Source: an uncultured delta proteobacterium (GTDB lineage Bacteria; Desulfobacterota; Binatia; UBA9968). Taken from it: 64,000 nt of DNA. Under the pieces are notes generated by a model. The model worked only from the letters and a program-made list of their open reading frames with translations, had not been told where the DNA came from and searched no databases. Positions within the stretch are counted from its first letter, which is position 1. The number at the start of each line of letters is the position of its first letter. The translations under genes and the position numbers were made by a program. The stretch spans positions 32,001 to 96,000 of the forward strand of contig CAWDPO010000019.1 in the NCBI GenBank assembly GCA_963804165.1, given 5' to 3'. Positions 32,588-43,490 of the stretch are shown here, one piece after another.

Positions 32588-33652
32588 TCAATCCTTGAGC
32601 CGGTAAAATCGCCGAGCGTTTTCCGCGAGAATTTTTCGCTTGGCGGTATCCGCGATATCCGCTCGCGCCTCGATGCCGGGAATGTCTTCGAGATATTGCG
32701 CTCGCTGGCGCTCGTGCGGATAATCGGATGCGAAGAAAATGTGATCCTCGCCGAAGAGTTCGAGCACGTAAGGCAACGTGCGCTCCTCGGATTCGAGCGA
32801 AACGTACACCTGCCCGCCGGCGATGTAAGCGCTCGGCAGCCGCTTGAGCCGCGGCGCCCACTTCTTGCCCCGCCGCTCGAAGTCCTCATCGAGTCGGTCC
32901 ATCATAAACGGAATCCAGCCGGCACCGGATTCGAGATAGGCCACGCGCAACTGCGGAAACAGCTCGAACACGCCCTGGAAGATCATGTGGGTCAATTGGA
33001 TCATCAACGGCAGCGGATGTTCGAGCGCGTGGACTTCGGCGAAAGAATCGAAAAAATCGAAGCCCAGGCCGCGGCTCGGCGCGCCATGGACGGCGAGGGG
33101 CATGTCGAGCTTGCACGCTTCTTCGTAGATCGGGAAAAAACTCTCATCGCCGTAACCTTTATGCAAACAAGTCACCGACGGCAGCATCGCGCCCGGCATG
33201 CCGAGCTCATGTTTTGCCCGGCGCAATTCTTGAACCGCTGCCGCGACGTCGTGGATCGGGATCAAAGCCGCGCCGAGAATGCGCCCGGTCTTTTTCGTGT
33301 AAGTGGCGTGCAACCAGGAATTGTAAGCGCGCGCGATCTCCACCGCCCACGCCGGATCTTGAATCAAGCCGAATGCCAACGCCGCGGTGGGATAGACGAC
33401 GGTGGTTTGAATCCCGCATTCGTCGAGAAAAGAAAGCCAGGTGTCGCAGTCGGGATAATCGCGCAGCCCCGGCGAGCTCATGCCGGACAGCCGGGCCCAG
33501 CCATCGAGGGAAGGGAATGGCGAAAAGGTGTCCGCCCAGCTTTCGTCCTTGCTGGTGCCGCGATAATTGCCGCCCAAGAACTCCAAGATCTCTTTGCTGC
33601 GCTCGGTGATATGACCGTCGCCATCGATGACGGGAAATCGGTTCTGTCTCAT
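32588..33652 (-). CDS. Amidohydrolase_2 family protein
   Basis: IDGDGH, AYNSW, AVHG, LESGAGW, FASDYPH. Confidence 0.9.
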   Translation of the reverse strand: MRQNRFPVIDGDGHITERSKEILEFLGGNYRGTSKDESWADTFSPFPSLDGWARLSGMSSPGLRDYPDCDTWLSFLDECGIQTTVVYPTAALAFGLIQDPAWAVEIARAYNSWLHATYTKKTGRILGAALIPIHDVAAAVQELRRAKHELGMPGAMLPSVTCLHKGYGDESFFPIYEEACKLDMPLAVHGAPSRGLGFDFFDSFAEVHALEHPLPLMIQLTHMIFQGVFELFPQLRVAYLESGAGWIPFMMDRLDEDFERRGKKWAPRLKRLPSAYIAGGQVYVSLESEERTLPYVLELFGEDHIFFASDYPHERQRAQYLEDIPGIEARADIADTAKRKILAENARRFYRLKD

Positions 33653-33820
33653 GCAACGAACTGCCTTTCATAGCCACGGCGGCAAAAGCGTCACTACGAG
33701 CCGCTATCTATTTACCGACCATCGCAACATTGTCAAGCTCGATCGGCAAAGGCTTTGTCCTTGGTGGGATGTCATCGAACTTCGACACTTGAGATTCGAA
33801 GCTATAGTTTGCCGCTCAGG

Positions 33821-34882
33821 CTAGATCTTGTAAAAGCGCCGCGCGTTTTCTCGCAGGACCGCCCGTTTATCTTGGTTCGACAGCGGCGCTTCGGCGACCT
33901 CTTCGATCTCGTGCATGATGTCATCCGGGCCGATCTCATGAGGAAAATCACTGGCGAACAAAAAGTGCTGATTGCCGGCTCGTTGAATCTGGTAAGGCAG
34001 CCCTTCTTCGTTGCCCTCGCAGCCGATGAAGACCTGACCGTTTTTGATGTAGTCGCTCGGGCGCTGCTCGGCGGACGGCCCCTTGTATTTTCCGCGTAGG
34101 TCGAGCTCAAGATGATAGGAGTGTGAGCGATCCAAGCGGTCCATCCAGAACGTCACCCAGCCGGCACCGCCTTCCAAGAAACCCATGCGCAGGCCGGGAA
34201 ACTGATCGAAGACGCCGTGATAAACCATGCCCGTAAATGCAATGATCAGAGACAACGGATGGCCGAGGCCGTGGATGGGAATGAAAGTCTCGAAGGTGTC
34301 CAGGCCCATACCGTGATGCGCGCCGCCATGAACTCCCAATGCGCAACCTAAACGCTCGGCTTCAGCGTAGACGGGCCAATAGGTTTTGTGGCCGAGATCG
34401 AGCGGCAATCCGCGCGAGGGTAACATCGCGCCGACGAAGCCCAACTCGGTGATTGCCCGGCGCAACTCGACCACAGCCTCGTCGACGTCCTGCATAGGCA
34501 ACAGTGCCATGCCCTTGAGCCGCGGACTCTGCTTCAAATAGCGCTCGTGCAGCCAGTCATTGTAGGCGCGTGCCACGTAGCAAGCCCAATCGGGATGGCT
34601 GATGTTGCCGATGCGTAATCCCTTGGTGGGAAACAGCACGGCATACTCGATGTCGGCCATCTCGACGAAGTCCATCCATTCCTTAGGCCCAACCCGCTTG
34701 CCGCCGCCAAAGGATTTCTTGTTCCGCGTGCTATGCCCGCCGATATGATGAAAATCCAAAGACGGGAACAAACGGTCCCAGCTCAACTGATGGTCTTGCT
34801 CCCGATAAGATTTCTCCAAATAATCGAACAAACTCTCATCCTCGATGACGTGCCCGTCCGCATCGATAATTTTATAATCCAT
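33821..34882 (-). CDS. Amidohydrolase_2 family protein
   Basis: IDADGH, RAYNDW, GVHG, LEGGAGW, FASDFPH. Confidence 0.9.
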   Translation of the reverse strand: MDYKIIDADGHVIEDESLFDYLEKSYREQDHQLSWDRLFPSLDFHHIGGHSTRNKKSFGGGKRVGPKEWMDFVEMADIEYAVLFPTKGLRIGNISHPDWACYVARAYNDWLHERYLKQSPRLKGMALLPMQDVDEAVVELRRAITELGFVGAMLPSRGLPLDLGHKTYWPVYAEAERLGCALGVHGGAHHGMGLDTFETFIPIHGLGHPLSLIIAFTGMVYHGVFDQFPGLRMGFLEGGAGWVTFWMDRLDRSHSYHLELDLRGKYKGPSAEQRPSDYIKNGQVFIGCEGNEEGLPYQIQRAGNQHFLFASDFPHEIGPDDIMHEIEEVAEAPLSNQDKRAVLRENARRFYKI

Positions 34883-35059
34883 CGTTCCTCCGCACTTATT
34901 CAAAAACCGTACTCACGAAGATGTTCCTCAAGATGTCATTCTGAGGCGAAGCGGAAGAATCAGCTTTTTTCAGCCCACGGCAAAGCAGATGCTTCGCGGA
35001 TTTTATCCTGAGTGGCGCACTACTGTTCGGGTCACGCACGACGAAGCTCTCTTTGTCGC

Positions 35060-36070
35060 CTACTTGCCCTCTTTCAGCTCCCGCACCGCTTCATTCAAGA
35101 AACTTTCGTCGATATACTTGGTAGCGCTCGGCAATGGCCCCTTCGTCTGATTTTGCTCCGCTGCCATTTGGATCACTGCTTTCATCCCCTCCAGGTTCAC
35201 ACGGCCGTCGTAGTCCCACGCCTTGTTGCCGGCGTAATACTGCCAAGCTTGGCGCGCATGGCCGGGCTTGAAACCGAATTCTTTGATCATGAAATCGGTC
35301 GCCGGCGCCTCGTTGTCCTGCAGCCAGCGAATCGCGCGCACCCAACCCTTTAGAAATCGCACCTGCAAACGTCGATTTTTCTCCGACCATGCACGGCTTC
35401 CGGCCAGGACCGTAAGCTGAAAATTAGGAAACACTTCCATGAAGCTGCCGATGGCGTGATAGCCCAACTCCTCGGCGGCGAAATTGTACGGCAAAGCCAA
35501 CGGCGCGGCGGCGATCTGATTGGAAGTGAGCGCGGTGAAAAGTTGCGGCGTCCCGCCGATGATGAGCAACTTGTAGTCGCGCGGATACTCCAATCCCTTG
35601 GCTTTGAGCACATGGCGCAGCACCAATCCGGTGCCGGCGGTCAAGCTGATCGTGCCGACCGTGGCGCCGCGCAGATCCTCGAACGTTTTGTAATTCTTGC
35701 CGCCGAGAATCCAGTGCGCCAGGCGCTGCGTGTTGCCGGCGATGATCGCGGCATCCAAGCCGCGGTCGGCCGCGATCATAGGCGCATCAGGCGCCAAGAG
35801 CGCGGCATAGACCGATCCTCCAATCAAAGCCTGGATCGATCTGTCTGAGCCGCGAATGACGACAGGTTGAACGTCCAGTCCCTGTTGAGCGAAGAAACCC
35901 TGCCTCACCCCCGCCCACAACGGACTGTATCCAGCCGTCTTGGTTGAAGCGGCTACAGGAAATGTGACTTTTTCTTGCGCTGCGGCGGCAGAGACACAGC
36001 ACTCAAACAGAATTGCGACAAGAAGAAATTTCCTAACGGCGCTCATCGTCATCCGCCTCATGTTTCCCAC
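35060..36070 (-). CDS. SsuA/THI5-family substrate-binding protein
   Basis: Signal peptide, GFFAQQGLD, DLRG, GLEYPRDY. Confidence 0.85.
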   Translation of the reverse strand: MGNMRRMTMSAVRKFLLVAILFECCVSAAAAQEKVTFPVAASTKTAGYSPLWAGVRQGFFAQQGLDVQPVVIRGSDRSIQALIGGSVYAALLAPDAPMIAADRGLDAAIIAGNTQRLAHWILGGKNYKTFEDLRGATVGTISLTAGTGLVLRHVLKAKGLEYPRDYKLLIIGGTPQLFTALTSNQIAAAPLALPYNFAAEELGYHAIGSFMEVFPNFQLTVLAGSRAWSEKNRRLQVRFLKGWVRAIRWLQDNEAPATDFMIKEFGFKPGHARQAWQYYAGNKAWDYDGRVNLEGMKAVIQMAAEQNQTKGPLPSATKYIDESFLNEAVRELKEGK

Positions 36071-36080
36071 GGTGGAAGCC

Positions 36081-37139
36081 TCAGTTCCAAATTGTGATGC
36101 CCATCAAGTTCGTTCCGGCTTCCAAATCGTGAAAGGCGTCGTTGATCTCGTCGAAACGATAGCGTTTGGAGATCAACCCCGCTACTTCGACCCGCTTGTC
36201 GCGCACCATGTTGAGCACTTCCACGACATCGGTGGGACGGCGCAGAGCCACCCCCGCGATTTTTATCTCTTGCATCGTGAAACTGCCGTCGCTGATCGTG
36301 AACGGCACTTTGCCGAGCCCGCCGATAATCGTCGCCGTGCCGCCGGGCCGGGTCGCTTGGATGATTTGATCGGCGGTCTTGACGTTGCCGAGCGCCTCGA
36401 ACGCCTTGTTCACGCCGCCGTCGGTCAGGTCGCGCACCGCCTTGACCGGATCTTCTTTCGCGCCGTTGACCGTGTGAGTTGCGCCGAATTTTTTTGCCGC
36501 TTCCAGCTTGGCGTCGAGCACATCGACGGCAATGATCGGATAGGCGCCGAACGTCCGCAGAAATTGAATCGTGTTGAGCCCCACCCCACCGCAGCCGATG
36601 ACCAATGCGGAATCGCCGGGTTTGATCTCCGCGGAGTTTTTTACCGCGTTGTACGCCGTCGTCATGCGGCAACCGACGACGCTCGCTTCGTCGAGCGATA
36701 AGCCTTCCGGCAACTTGAAGATCATGTAGCCCGGCAGCGCGAGATACTGCGAAAACCCGCCGACGTTCCAGCGATAGATATCCTCGCCATCCATCCGCTT
36801 CAGTGACGCCGGCGCGGGCCGCGCGCGGCACAGATTCTCCCTGCCGGAAACACAATACTGGCAGTGACCGCAACGATAGCGCGTGCCGACGATGACCGCA
36901 TCGCCGGCTTTGAAAGCGCTCCGCTGGCTGCTGCCAACCTCTTCGATCGTCCCGGACACTTCATGGCCGATGATCGCCGGCATGCGGCTCTGAATGCGGC
37001 CTTCGATGACTTTATGGTCGGTATGGCAAACCCCGCAAGCTTTCACCTTGATCAAGACCTCGTCTGGAGAAATCGCGGGCATTTCGAAATCTTCGATGCT
37101 TAAAGGGCCGTGAACTTCGTGCAGAACCGCAGCTTTCAT
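36081..37139 (-). CDS. Zn-dependent (MDR) alcohol dehydrogenase
   Basis: CGVCHTD, GHE, C-x2-C-x2-C-x7-C, GCGGVG. Confidence 0.93.
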   Translation of the reverse strand: MKAAVLHEVHGPLSIEDFEMPAISPDEVLIKVKACGVCHTDHKVIEGRIQSRMPAIIGHEVSGTIEEVGSSQRSAFKAGDAVIVGTRYRCGHCQYCVSGRENLCRARPAPASLKRMDGEDIYRWNVGGFSQYLALPGYMIFKLPEGLSLDEASVVGCRMTTAYNAVKNSAEIKPGDSALVIGCGGVGLNTIQFLRTFGAYPIIAVDVLDAKLEAAKKFGATHTVNGAKEDPVKAVRDLTDGGVNKAFEALGNVKTADQIIQATRPGGTATIIGGLGKVPFTISDGSFTMQEIKIAGVALRRPTDVVEVLNMVRDKRVEVAGLISKRYRFDEINDAFHDLEAGTNLMGITIWN

Positions 37140-37237
37140 TGAATCCTCCTTCGATGCACGATCCTACTATAGGTTGGAACGAGTTTGTCAAACAATCAGC
37201 GGAATCGAGTTCGAAGGTTGGAATCAGGAAATATTTC

Positions 37238-38461
37238 TCAGATGCTTTGTCTGGCCGGCGGTCTGGCGAGAAACATGAGAAGAGTCGACAGCAAACTGAC
37301 GATCGCGAAGATGGTAAACGCGACCGAGTAGCTTTTGGTGAAATCGTAGAACAGTCCGGCAAGGACCGGTCCCACAAACGTGCCCGCGGTGGTGATCGAA
37401 CGGCTCACGCCCTGAATCGTCGCAAACGCTTTCGTGCCGAAATAGTCGGCGCGAATCGGCTCCTGCAAAGATGCCAGCCCGCCGTAGGCCAATGAATAGA
37501 TGATCATGAACGTCGTGAAAGCGAACGAACCGGCGGCCCACCCCATGACGCCTACCGAAACACTCAACGCCAACAAAAGCCCCATGATGAGTTTGCGCTT
37601 GTCGACCATGTCTCCCAGCCAGCCCATGCCGACGCGCGCGGGCGCCCCGATCAGCGCGGAGATCCCGAGCAGAGTGCTCGCCCCTTCCGTGCTCCAGCCG
37701 CGATCGACGAGTAGAATAACGAAGTGCACCGACACTCCCTCTGTCACCATATGGCGCAGCGCCATCGCGATCGAAAGAAACCAGAAGCTGTCGAGCCGCA
37801 GCACTTCCTTCAACGTGAACTGCGGGTCCAACGATCGTTGCGTGATCGAGCCGGCTCCAGGATTCGTTGCCAGAGCCAGTTCACGGTCCGCCTCCTCCGC
37901 TTGCGCGATTCTGTTGATCAAATAAGCGATCGGCAACCCGGCCGCCAAAAGCATGCAGCCGGAAGCCACCGCCGCGGTGCGCCAGCCCCACCAGACGATC
38001 ATCGCTCCGACCAAGGGAACGATCGCGCCGGAAAGTCCCGGCCCCATGCGGAAGATGCCGAACGCGAGGCTGCGTCGTTCGTGGAATATTTTGGCGATGA
38101 GCAAGCTGATCGGCATGTGGTAGCCGAGACTCGAACCCAGCACGATGCCCAAGACGATGGCAACATAGAGCATCGGCAGCGAGTCGACGAAACTGAGCGC
38201 GACGAAACCGAGAACGCAAATCACGATACCGATGTACATGATCCGCCGCGGTCCGACGCGATCGACGAAATAACCTTCAATTGGACCTAACAACCCTGAT
38301 TCGACGCGCGCCAGCGAGAAAGCCCCGGAGATAGCTGTGCGGCTCCAATTGAACTCGCGCTCGAAGGACGGAAAGAACGCGCTCATGCCGAAATAGCTGA
38401 ACCCGGTGTTGACCGCATGCGTAATGCAGCCGAGGACGACCAGCCACCATTTGCGATCCAT
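37238..38461 (-). CDS. MFS transporter (OFA/MCT-like)
   Basis: About 12 TM helices, G-x3-DRVGPRR, GWR, GLFYD. Confidence 0.9.
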   Translation of the reverse strand: MDRKWWLVVLGCITHAVNTGFSYFGMSAFFPSFEREFNWSRTAISGAFSLARVESGLLGPIEGYFVDRVGPRRIMYIGIVICVLGFVALSFVDSLPMLYVAIVLGIVLGSSLGYHMPISLLIAKIFHERRSLAFGIFRMGPGLSGAIVPLVGAMIVWWGWRTAAVASGCMLLAAGLPIAYLINRIAQAEEADRELALATNPGAGSITQRSLDPQFTLKEVLRLDSFWFLSIAMALRHMVTEGVSVHFVILLVDRGWSTEGASTLLGISALIGAPARVGMGWLGDMVDKRKLIMGLLLALSVSVGVMGWAAGSFAFTTFMIIYSLAYGGLASLQEPIRADYFGTKAFATIQGVSRSITTAGTFVGPVLAGLFYDFTKSYSVAFTIFAIVSLLSTLLMFLARPPARQSI

Positions 38462-38841
38462 TACAAGGTGCGACTTTCAGGTTGCGTGACGAAAAGCACA
38501 GTACGGCACAACTCACTTTCACGATGGCAGTACACGATCAGGCGCGATAGTACTATGAAGTACCCTGCGCGGTCTATGTTCTGCACTATCTGACCAGGCT
38601 CATCTTGTTCCACTCTAGGATCGGCAAATGCCGAATGGTATTTCGCTTATTCGACCAATCCTCAGTGCTCACAAATATTTACCGCGAAGATTGCATTCCG
38701 CTGCGGGAATTGGAAAAAAGAAGCAACCGATCTGCGCTCGATGCTCTGCGCTGCAGCATACTCGGTCACCAGTTGGCAATCATGAACGAGGCAAAACTCC
38801 TTGGGCTCTTGGTTCATAATCGAAACGGATAACGCAGAACG

Positions 38842-40549
38842 ATGCCGCATAGCATAACCCTGATCACTACGATCGCTGCGGCTTTGGGGCTCGCCCTGAT
38901 CCTGGGCTTCATCGCCGCTCGTCTCAAGCTGCCGCCGTTGGTGGGCTATTTGATTGCCGGCATCGTGATCGGTCCGGCCACACCGGGCTTTGTCGCCGAC
39001 GTCGACCTCTCGCACCAGCTCGCTGAAATCGGCGTGATGCTCTTGATGTTTGGCGTCGGTCTGCACTTTTCCCTCGACGAACTCCTCGCCGTACGCCGCA
39101 TCGCTCTGCCCGGCGCAGTCGTGCAAATCGCCGTTGCAACCCTACTCGGTACGGCCGTCGCCGCGATGTGGGGCTGGAGCCTTGCCGGCAGCATCGTCTT
39201 CGGCCTGGGCCTTTCGGTTGCGAGCACCGTCGTGCTTCTGAGAGCGCTGGAAAGCCGCGGCATATTAGAAACTGTCAACGGCCATATCGCCGTCGGCTGG
39301 CTCGTGGTCGAGGACTTGGTCATGGTCCTGGTGCTAGTGCTCCTGCCGCCGCTTGCGGCTTGGCTCGGGGATAGCGCGCGGGTCGTGCGGCGATCGGAGT
39401 CTGCTGACAACCCTCGCGCTCACGCTCGGCCAGGTCGCGGTCTTTATCGCGCTCATGCTGGTTGTCGGCCGGCGCGTTTTCCCATGGCTGCTCTGGCAGG
39501 TCGCCGGCACGGGTTCGCGCGAGCTGTTTACTCTGTGCGTCGTCGCCGCCGCCGTCGGTATCGCCTACGGCTCAGCCGCGTTGTTCGGTGTCTCCTTCGC
39601 TCTCGGTGCTTTTTTTGCCGGCATGGTCATGCGCGAGTCGCCGTTGAGCTATCGGGCTGCCGAAGAATCATTGCCCCTCAGAGACGCTTTTTCAGTGTTG
39701 TTTTTTGTTTCGGTGGGCATGCTCTTCGAGCCGCAGGTGTTGATTCGCGAGCCGCTCCACGTGCTCGTGGTCATCGCGATCATCGTCGTCGGCAAATCCT
39801 TGGCCGCTTTTTTCCTCGTCCTGCTTTTTCGCTATCCGCTCAACACGGCGCTCACGGTATCGGCGAGCCTGGCGCAGATCGGCGAGTTTTCCTTTATTCT
39901 CGCCGGACTGGGAATCTCTCTCGGCATCATGCCGGCCGAAGGTCAGAGCCTGATTCTCGCCGGCGCGATCATTTCGATCGCCCTCAATCCGCTGGTGTTT
40001 CGCGCCATCGAGCCCGCGCAAGACTGGATTCGCCGACGCTCAAAGCTCGCTCAAGCGCTGGAGCGTCCCGACGATCCGCTCGCGGCGTTGCCGATGACCG
40101 TCGATCTCAAGCGGCTTACGGGACAGGTTGTTTTGGTCGGCTACGGCCGGGTGGGCAGGCGCATCGGCGAAGCTTTGACTGCGCAGGGTATACCCTTTGT
40201 CGTCGCCGAGGAAAATCGCGAGATCGTCGAGAAGCTGCGCGCGATCGACATCCCGGCAGTCTCTGGCGATGCCTCCGACCCCGCCGTTTTGATCCAGGCG
40301 CATATCCATCGCGCGCGCATGCTGGTGATTGCCACGCCGGATACACTTAACGTTCGGCGCATGATCGAGACCGCGCGCACGGTCAATCCTCGAGTCGAGA
40401 TTATCGTGCGCACGCACAGCGAAGAAGAGGCCGTGCTGCTGGAAAAAGAAAACGCTGGAACGGTTTTTTTCGGAGAGCACGAGCTCGCCCGCAGCATGAT
40501 CCATCACGTCTTGGAGCGCTACACGGCAGGACCGCAGGAACGCCATTAA
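38842..40549 (+). CDS. ybaL: CPA2 cation:proton antiporter with TrkA-N domain (YbaL/RosB-like), frameshift ~39370-39400
   Basis: LAEIGV-LLMFGVGLHFS, ASTVV, LVVEDL, LRDAF, QIGEFSF, VGYGRVG. Confidence 0.85.
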
Positions 40550-40700
40550 TGTGGTGTCGCCGAAGTTCGTTGATTGTTTCGCGCCGGGCCGTTTTGACGT
40601 TCCTCCCTTTGACTAACGGAGGTTAGGAGGGATTTTTAGAGTTGAACCGTTTGCTACTCTTCGTTGACACGCTCCGACTGGTGGCGTAGCGTTTTCACCG

Positions 40701-42089
40701 ATGTGGACCATCCGTGCAACGTCTGTTACCGTAAAGCATGCCACGACCCATCGATTCGAAAGCTCCCGCCGCTTGTCGCTCACATTTTTTGCGATCCTGA
40801 TGATCATGCCCATCGTCGCACCTAACTCAACTTCGTTCGCGCAAACCTCGCCCGCCGAAGAGGCGCTCGTCAAGCGAGCCCAGGCGATTCACGAGAAGGT
40901 GATCAACCTCGATACTCACATTGATTTCGAACCGGGCAATTTGACCGGCGAGAGCAATTATACCCAGCGTCTCGAAACCCAGTTCAATCTGCCGAATATG
41001 TTCGACGGCGGCCTCGACGCGCTGTTCCTCATCATCTACGTCGGCCAGACGCGGGAGGCGCAGAATCCGGATGCGCTTACACCAGCCGGTTACGAGCGCG
41101 CCTACAAGCTCGCGGTTGAGAAATTTGACGCGGTCAAACGCTTTACCAGGGAGATTGCGCCGGACAAGATCGAGCTCGCGCTCAGCGCCGCCGACGTTCG
41201 CCGAATCCATGCCAAGGGTAAAAAAGTTGCTCTCATGGGCGTCGAGAACGGCTATCCGCTCGGCGAAGACATCGCCCGTGTCAAGGAATTCTACGATCGC
41301 GGCGCGCGCTATTTGTCGCTGACACACAACGGTCACAACCAGCTCGCCGACTCACACACCGGCGAGCGCGACGGCTGGAAGTGGAACGGCGTGTCGCCAT
41401 TCGGCAAACAAGTCATCGCCGAATTGAATCGCCTCGGCATCATGGTCGACGTATCGCACGCGTCCAAAGAATCAATGATGCGAACCGCAGCGATTTCGAA
41501 GGTGCCGATCATCGCATCCCACTCCGCCGCACGCGCCCTTTGCGACGTGAGCCGAAACATGGACGACGAGCAGTTGCTGGCGCTAAAGAGAACCGGCGGC
41601 GTCATCCAAGTCGTCGCCTATAGCAGCTTCGTCAAAACGACCAAACCGGACTCCCCGGAACGTGCCGCCGCTCTAGCCGCAGCCAGGAAAGAGTACAATT
41701 TGCCTGAGCCGACAGGCCCCGGCCAACGTGCACGCTTCCAATCGTCCTTGAAGGCAATGCCGGCAGAGCGCCGAGCAGAATACGAAAACAAACTCGCCGA
41801 GATCGACAAGCAACACCCCGGCGACCCGCTCGTCAACCTCAAAGACTTCGTCGATCACATCGACCACGCCGTAAAGTTAATCGGCATCGACCATGTCGGT
41901 ATCTCGTCCGACTTCGACGGCGGCGGCGGAGTCGTCGGTTGGAACGACGCCAGCGAAACGTTCAACGTGACTCTGGAACTCGTCCGCCGCGGTTATACGG
42001 AAGAGCAAATCGAAAAACTCTGGGGCGGGAATCTGCTGCGCGTGATGGATGAAGCACAGCGCGTCGCGAACGATATTCAGAAACAGTAG
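40701..42089 (+). CDS. Membrane/renal dipeptidase family (M19)
   Basis: LDTHID, GVENG, LTHNG, DVSH, ASHS, RNMDDE, SDFDGG. Confidence 0.92.
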   Translation: MWTIRATSVTVKHATTHRFESSRRLSLTFFAILMIMPIVAPNSTSFAQTSPAEEALVKRAQAIHEKVINLDTHIDFEPGNLTGESNYTQRLETQFNLPNMFDGGLDALFLIIYVGQTREAQNPDALTPAGYERAYKLAVEKFDAVKRFTREIAPDKIELALSAADVRRIHAKGKKVALMGVENGYPLGEDIARVKEFYDRGARYLSLTHNGHNQLADSHTGERDGWKWNGVSPFGKQVIAELNRLGIMVDVSHASKESMMRTAAISKVPIIASHSAARALCDVSRNMDDEQLLALKRTGGVIQVVAYSSFVKTTKPDSPERAAALAAARKEYNLPEPTGPGQRARFQSSLKAMPAERRAEYENKLAEIDKQHPGDPLVNLKDFVDHIDHAVKLIGIDHVGISSDFDGGGGVVGWNDASETFNVTLELVRRGYTEEQIEKLWGGNLLRVMDEAQRVANDIQKQ

Positions 42090-42157
42090 GAGTAGTCGAA
42101 GTCTGACGTTTCTCAATTTTGTGTGACACAACCTACCCAAACCATCTGGAGGTGAAT

Positions 42158-42469
42158 ATGCGATTTTTACTGAAGGTCAACATTCCCGTTGAGTCCGGGA
42201 ACGCGGCCGCGAGAGCCGGCAAACTCGGTGCGACCATCAATTCCATTCTGGCGGATTTGAAACCGGAGGCCGTCTATTTTACCGACAACAACGGTCAGCG
42301 CTCGGGTTTCATTTTTCTCGACATGCAAGATGCTTCTCAGATCCCAGCCATCGCCGAGCCGTGGTTCCTCGCGTTCAATGCAAGCGTAGAGATTCATCCT
42401 GTCATGATACCGGACGACCTAGCCAAGGCCGGCGGCGCCATCGAGAATGCGGTCAAGAAATACGCCTGA
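42158..42469 (+). CDS. Small conserved hypothetical protein (DUF3303-like)
   Basis: RBS GGAGGTG; KPEAVYF, IAEP-F, PVM-PDDL. Confidence 0.65.
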   Translation: MRFLLKVNIPVESGNAAARAGKLGATINSILADLKPEAVYFTDNNGQRSGFIFLDMQDASQIPAIAEPWFLAFNASVEIHPVMIPDDLAKAGGAIENAVKKYA

Positions 42470-42625
42470 CCGCTCACGCGCCTTCTAAGAAGCGGTTCGA
42501 CCGGTTCGGGAGTGAAGTCGTTGGGACAGGCCCTTCAATCTCACATTGTCGCAAAGCAAGTCGCCAACGCTGCAAACGTCGCGGGCTAAAGTTGTGCAGT
42601 TGGCAACAGATGGCTTACGTTAACG

Positions 42626-43252
42626 ATGCCGACTGAAGAATTTGAAGATGTGCTCCGGTTCTGGTTTCCCCAGCAACTGAGCGGCGATTATGCGGCGATG
42701 GGACGCCAATTGGAATGGTGGTTTCGCGGAGGAGCGGACTCTACCATCATCGAGCGATTTTCATCACTGCTGGAACGAGCAGTACGAGGTGAACTCGATC
42801 ACTGGTCGCACGGGCCACGAGGTCGGCTCGCGCTTATCGTCGTCCTCGATCAGTTCTCCCGAACAATCTATCGGGACACTAGGCGCGCATTTACACAAGA
42901 TCAGAAGGCTCTCGGTCTCGCACTTCAAGGAATTGAGATTGGTCACTACCCGGCCCTCGATACTCCGTGGGAGAAGACTTTTTTCATCTTACCCTTGGGG
43001 CACTCTGAGGAGTTAACGCACTTGGAAACCGTGGTAAAGCTTGCGGAGGAACTCGTGAAACAGGCGCCATCGGAGCTACGCAGAGGTCTGGAGCACTCTG
43101 CGTCGCAAGCCCGTGGACATCGAGATGTAATTGCCCGCTTCGGTCGTCATCCTCATCGCAACGCAGTCTTAGGAAGACAATCAACCGCAGAGGAGCTCGA
43201 CTACCTTGCCAGCGGCCAACTCGTACACACGCGTCCGCTACCGCATTACTAA
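42626..43252 (+). CDS. DUF924 family protein
   Basis: VLRFWF, WF, LDQFSR, LP-GHSE, RFGRHPHRNAVLGR-ST-EE. Confidence 0.88.
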   Translation: MPTEEFEDVLRFWFPQQLSGDYAAMGRQLEWWFRGGADSTIIERFSSLLERAVRGELDHWSHGPRGRLALIVVLDQFSRTIYRDTRRAFTQDQKALGLALQGIEIGHYPALDTPWEKTFFILPLGHSEELTHLETVVKLAEELVKQAPSELRRGLEHSASQARGHRDVIARFGRHPHRNAVLGRQSTAEELDYLASGQLVHTRPLPHY

Positions 43253-43490
43253 TCGGACAAAATTCCGGGTACACATACTTTTTTTCGGAAAGTAAATTAG
43301 GGCAAGTTAGGCAAGTCAGACACCGGCGACAGCACTGCGGCTTAGAGGTGCGTAAGAGAGGTGCGTGAGATCAGTACATCACCTATCTCCGAGTCGTACG
43401 AGGGGTTAGGAAACAGAGTATGACGCACATTGCCAATGACAGACGACGTGGACTTGCCAAAGTGTGAAAACAATCCGAGGGAAACAAAAA

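Noticed and set aside
32561-33673. 370-aa + strand ORF
   Set aside because: Antisense shadow of a clear amidohydrolase gene, common in GC-rich DNA
38842-40350. 502-aa ORF with an Arg-rich tail as a novel protein
   Set aside because: The tail is out-of-frame read-through after an indel in ybaL
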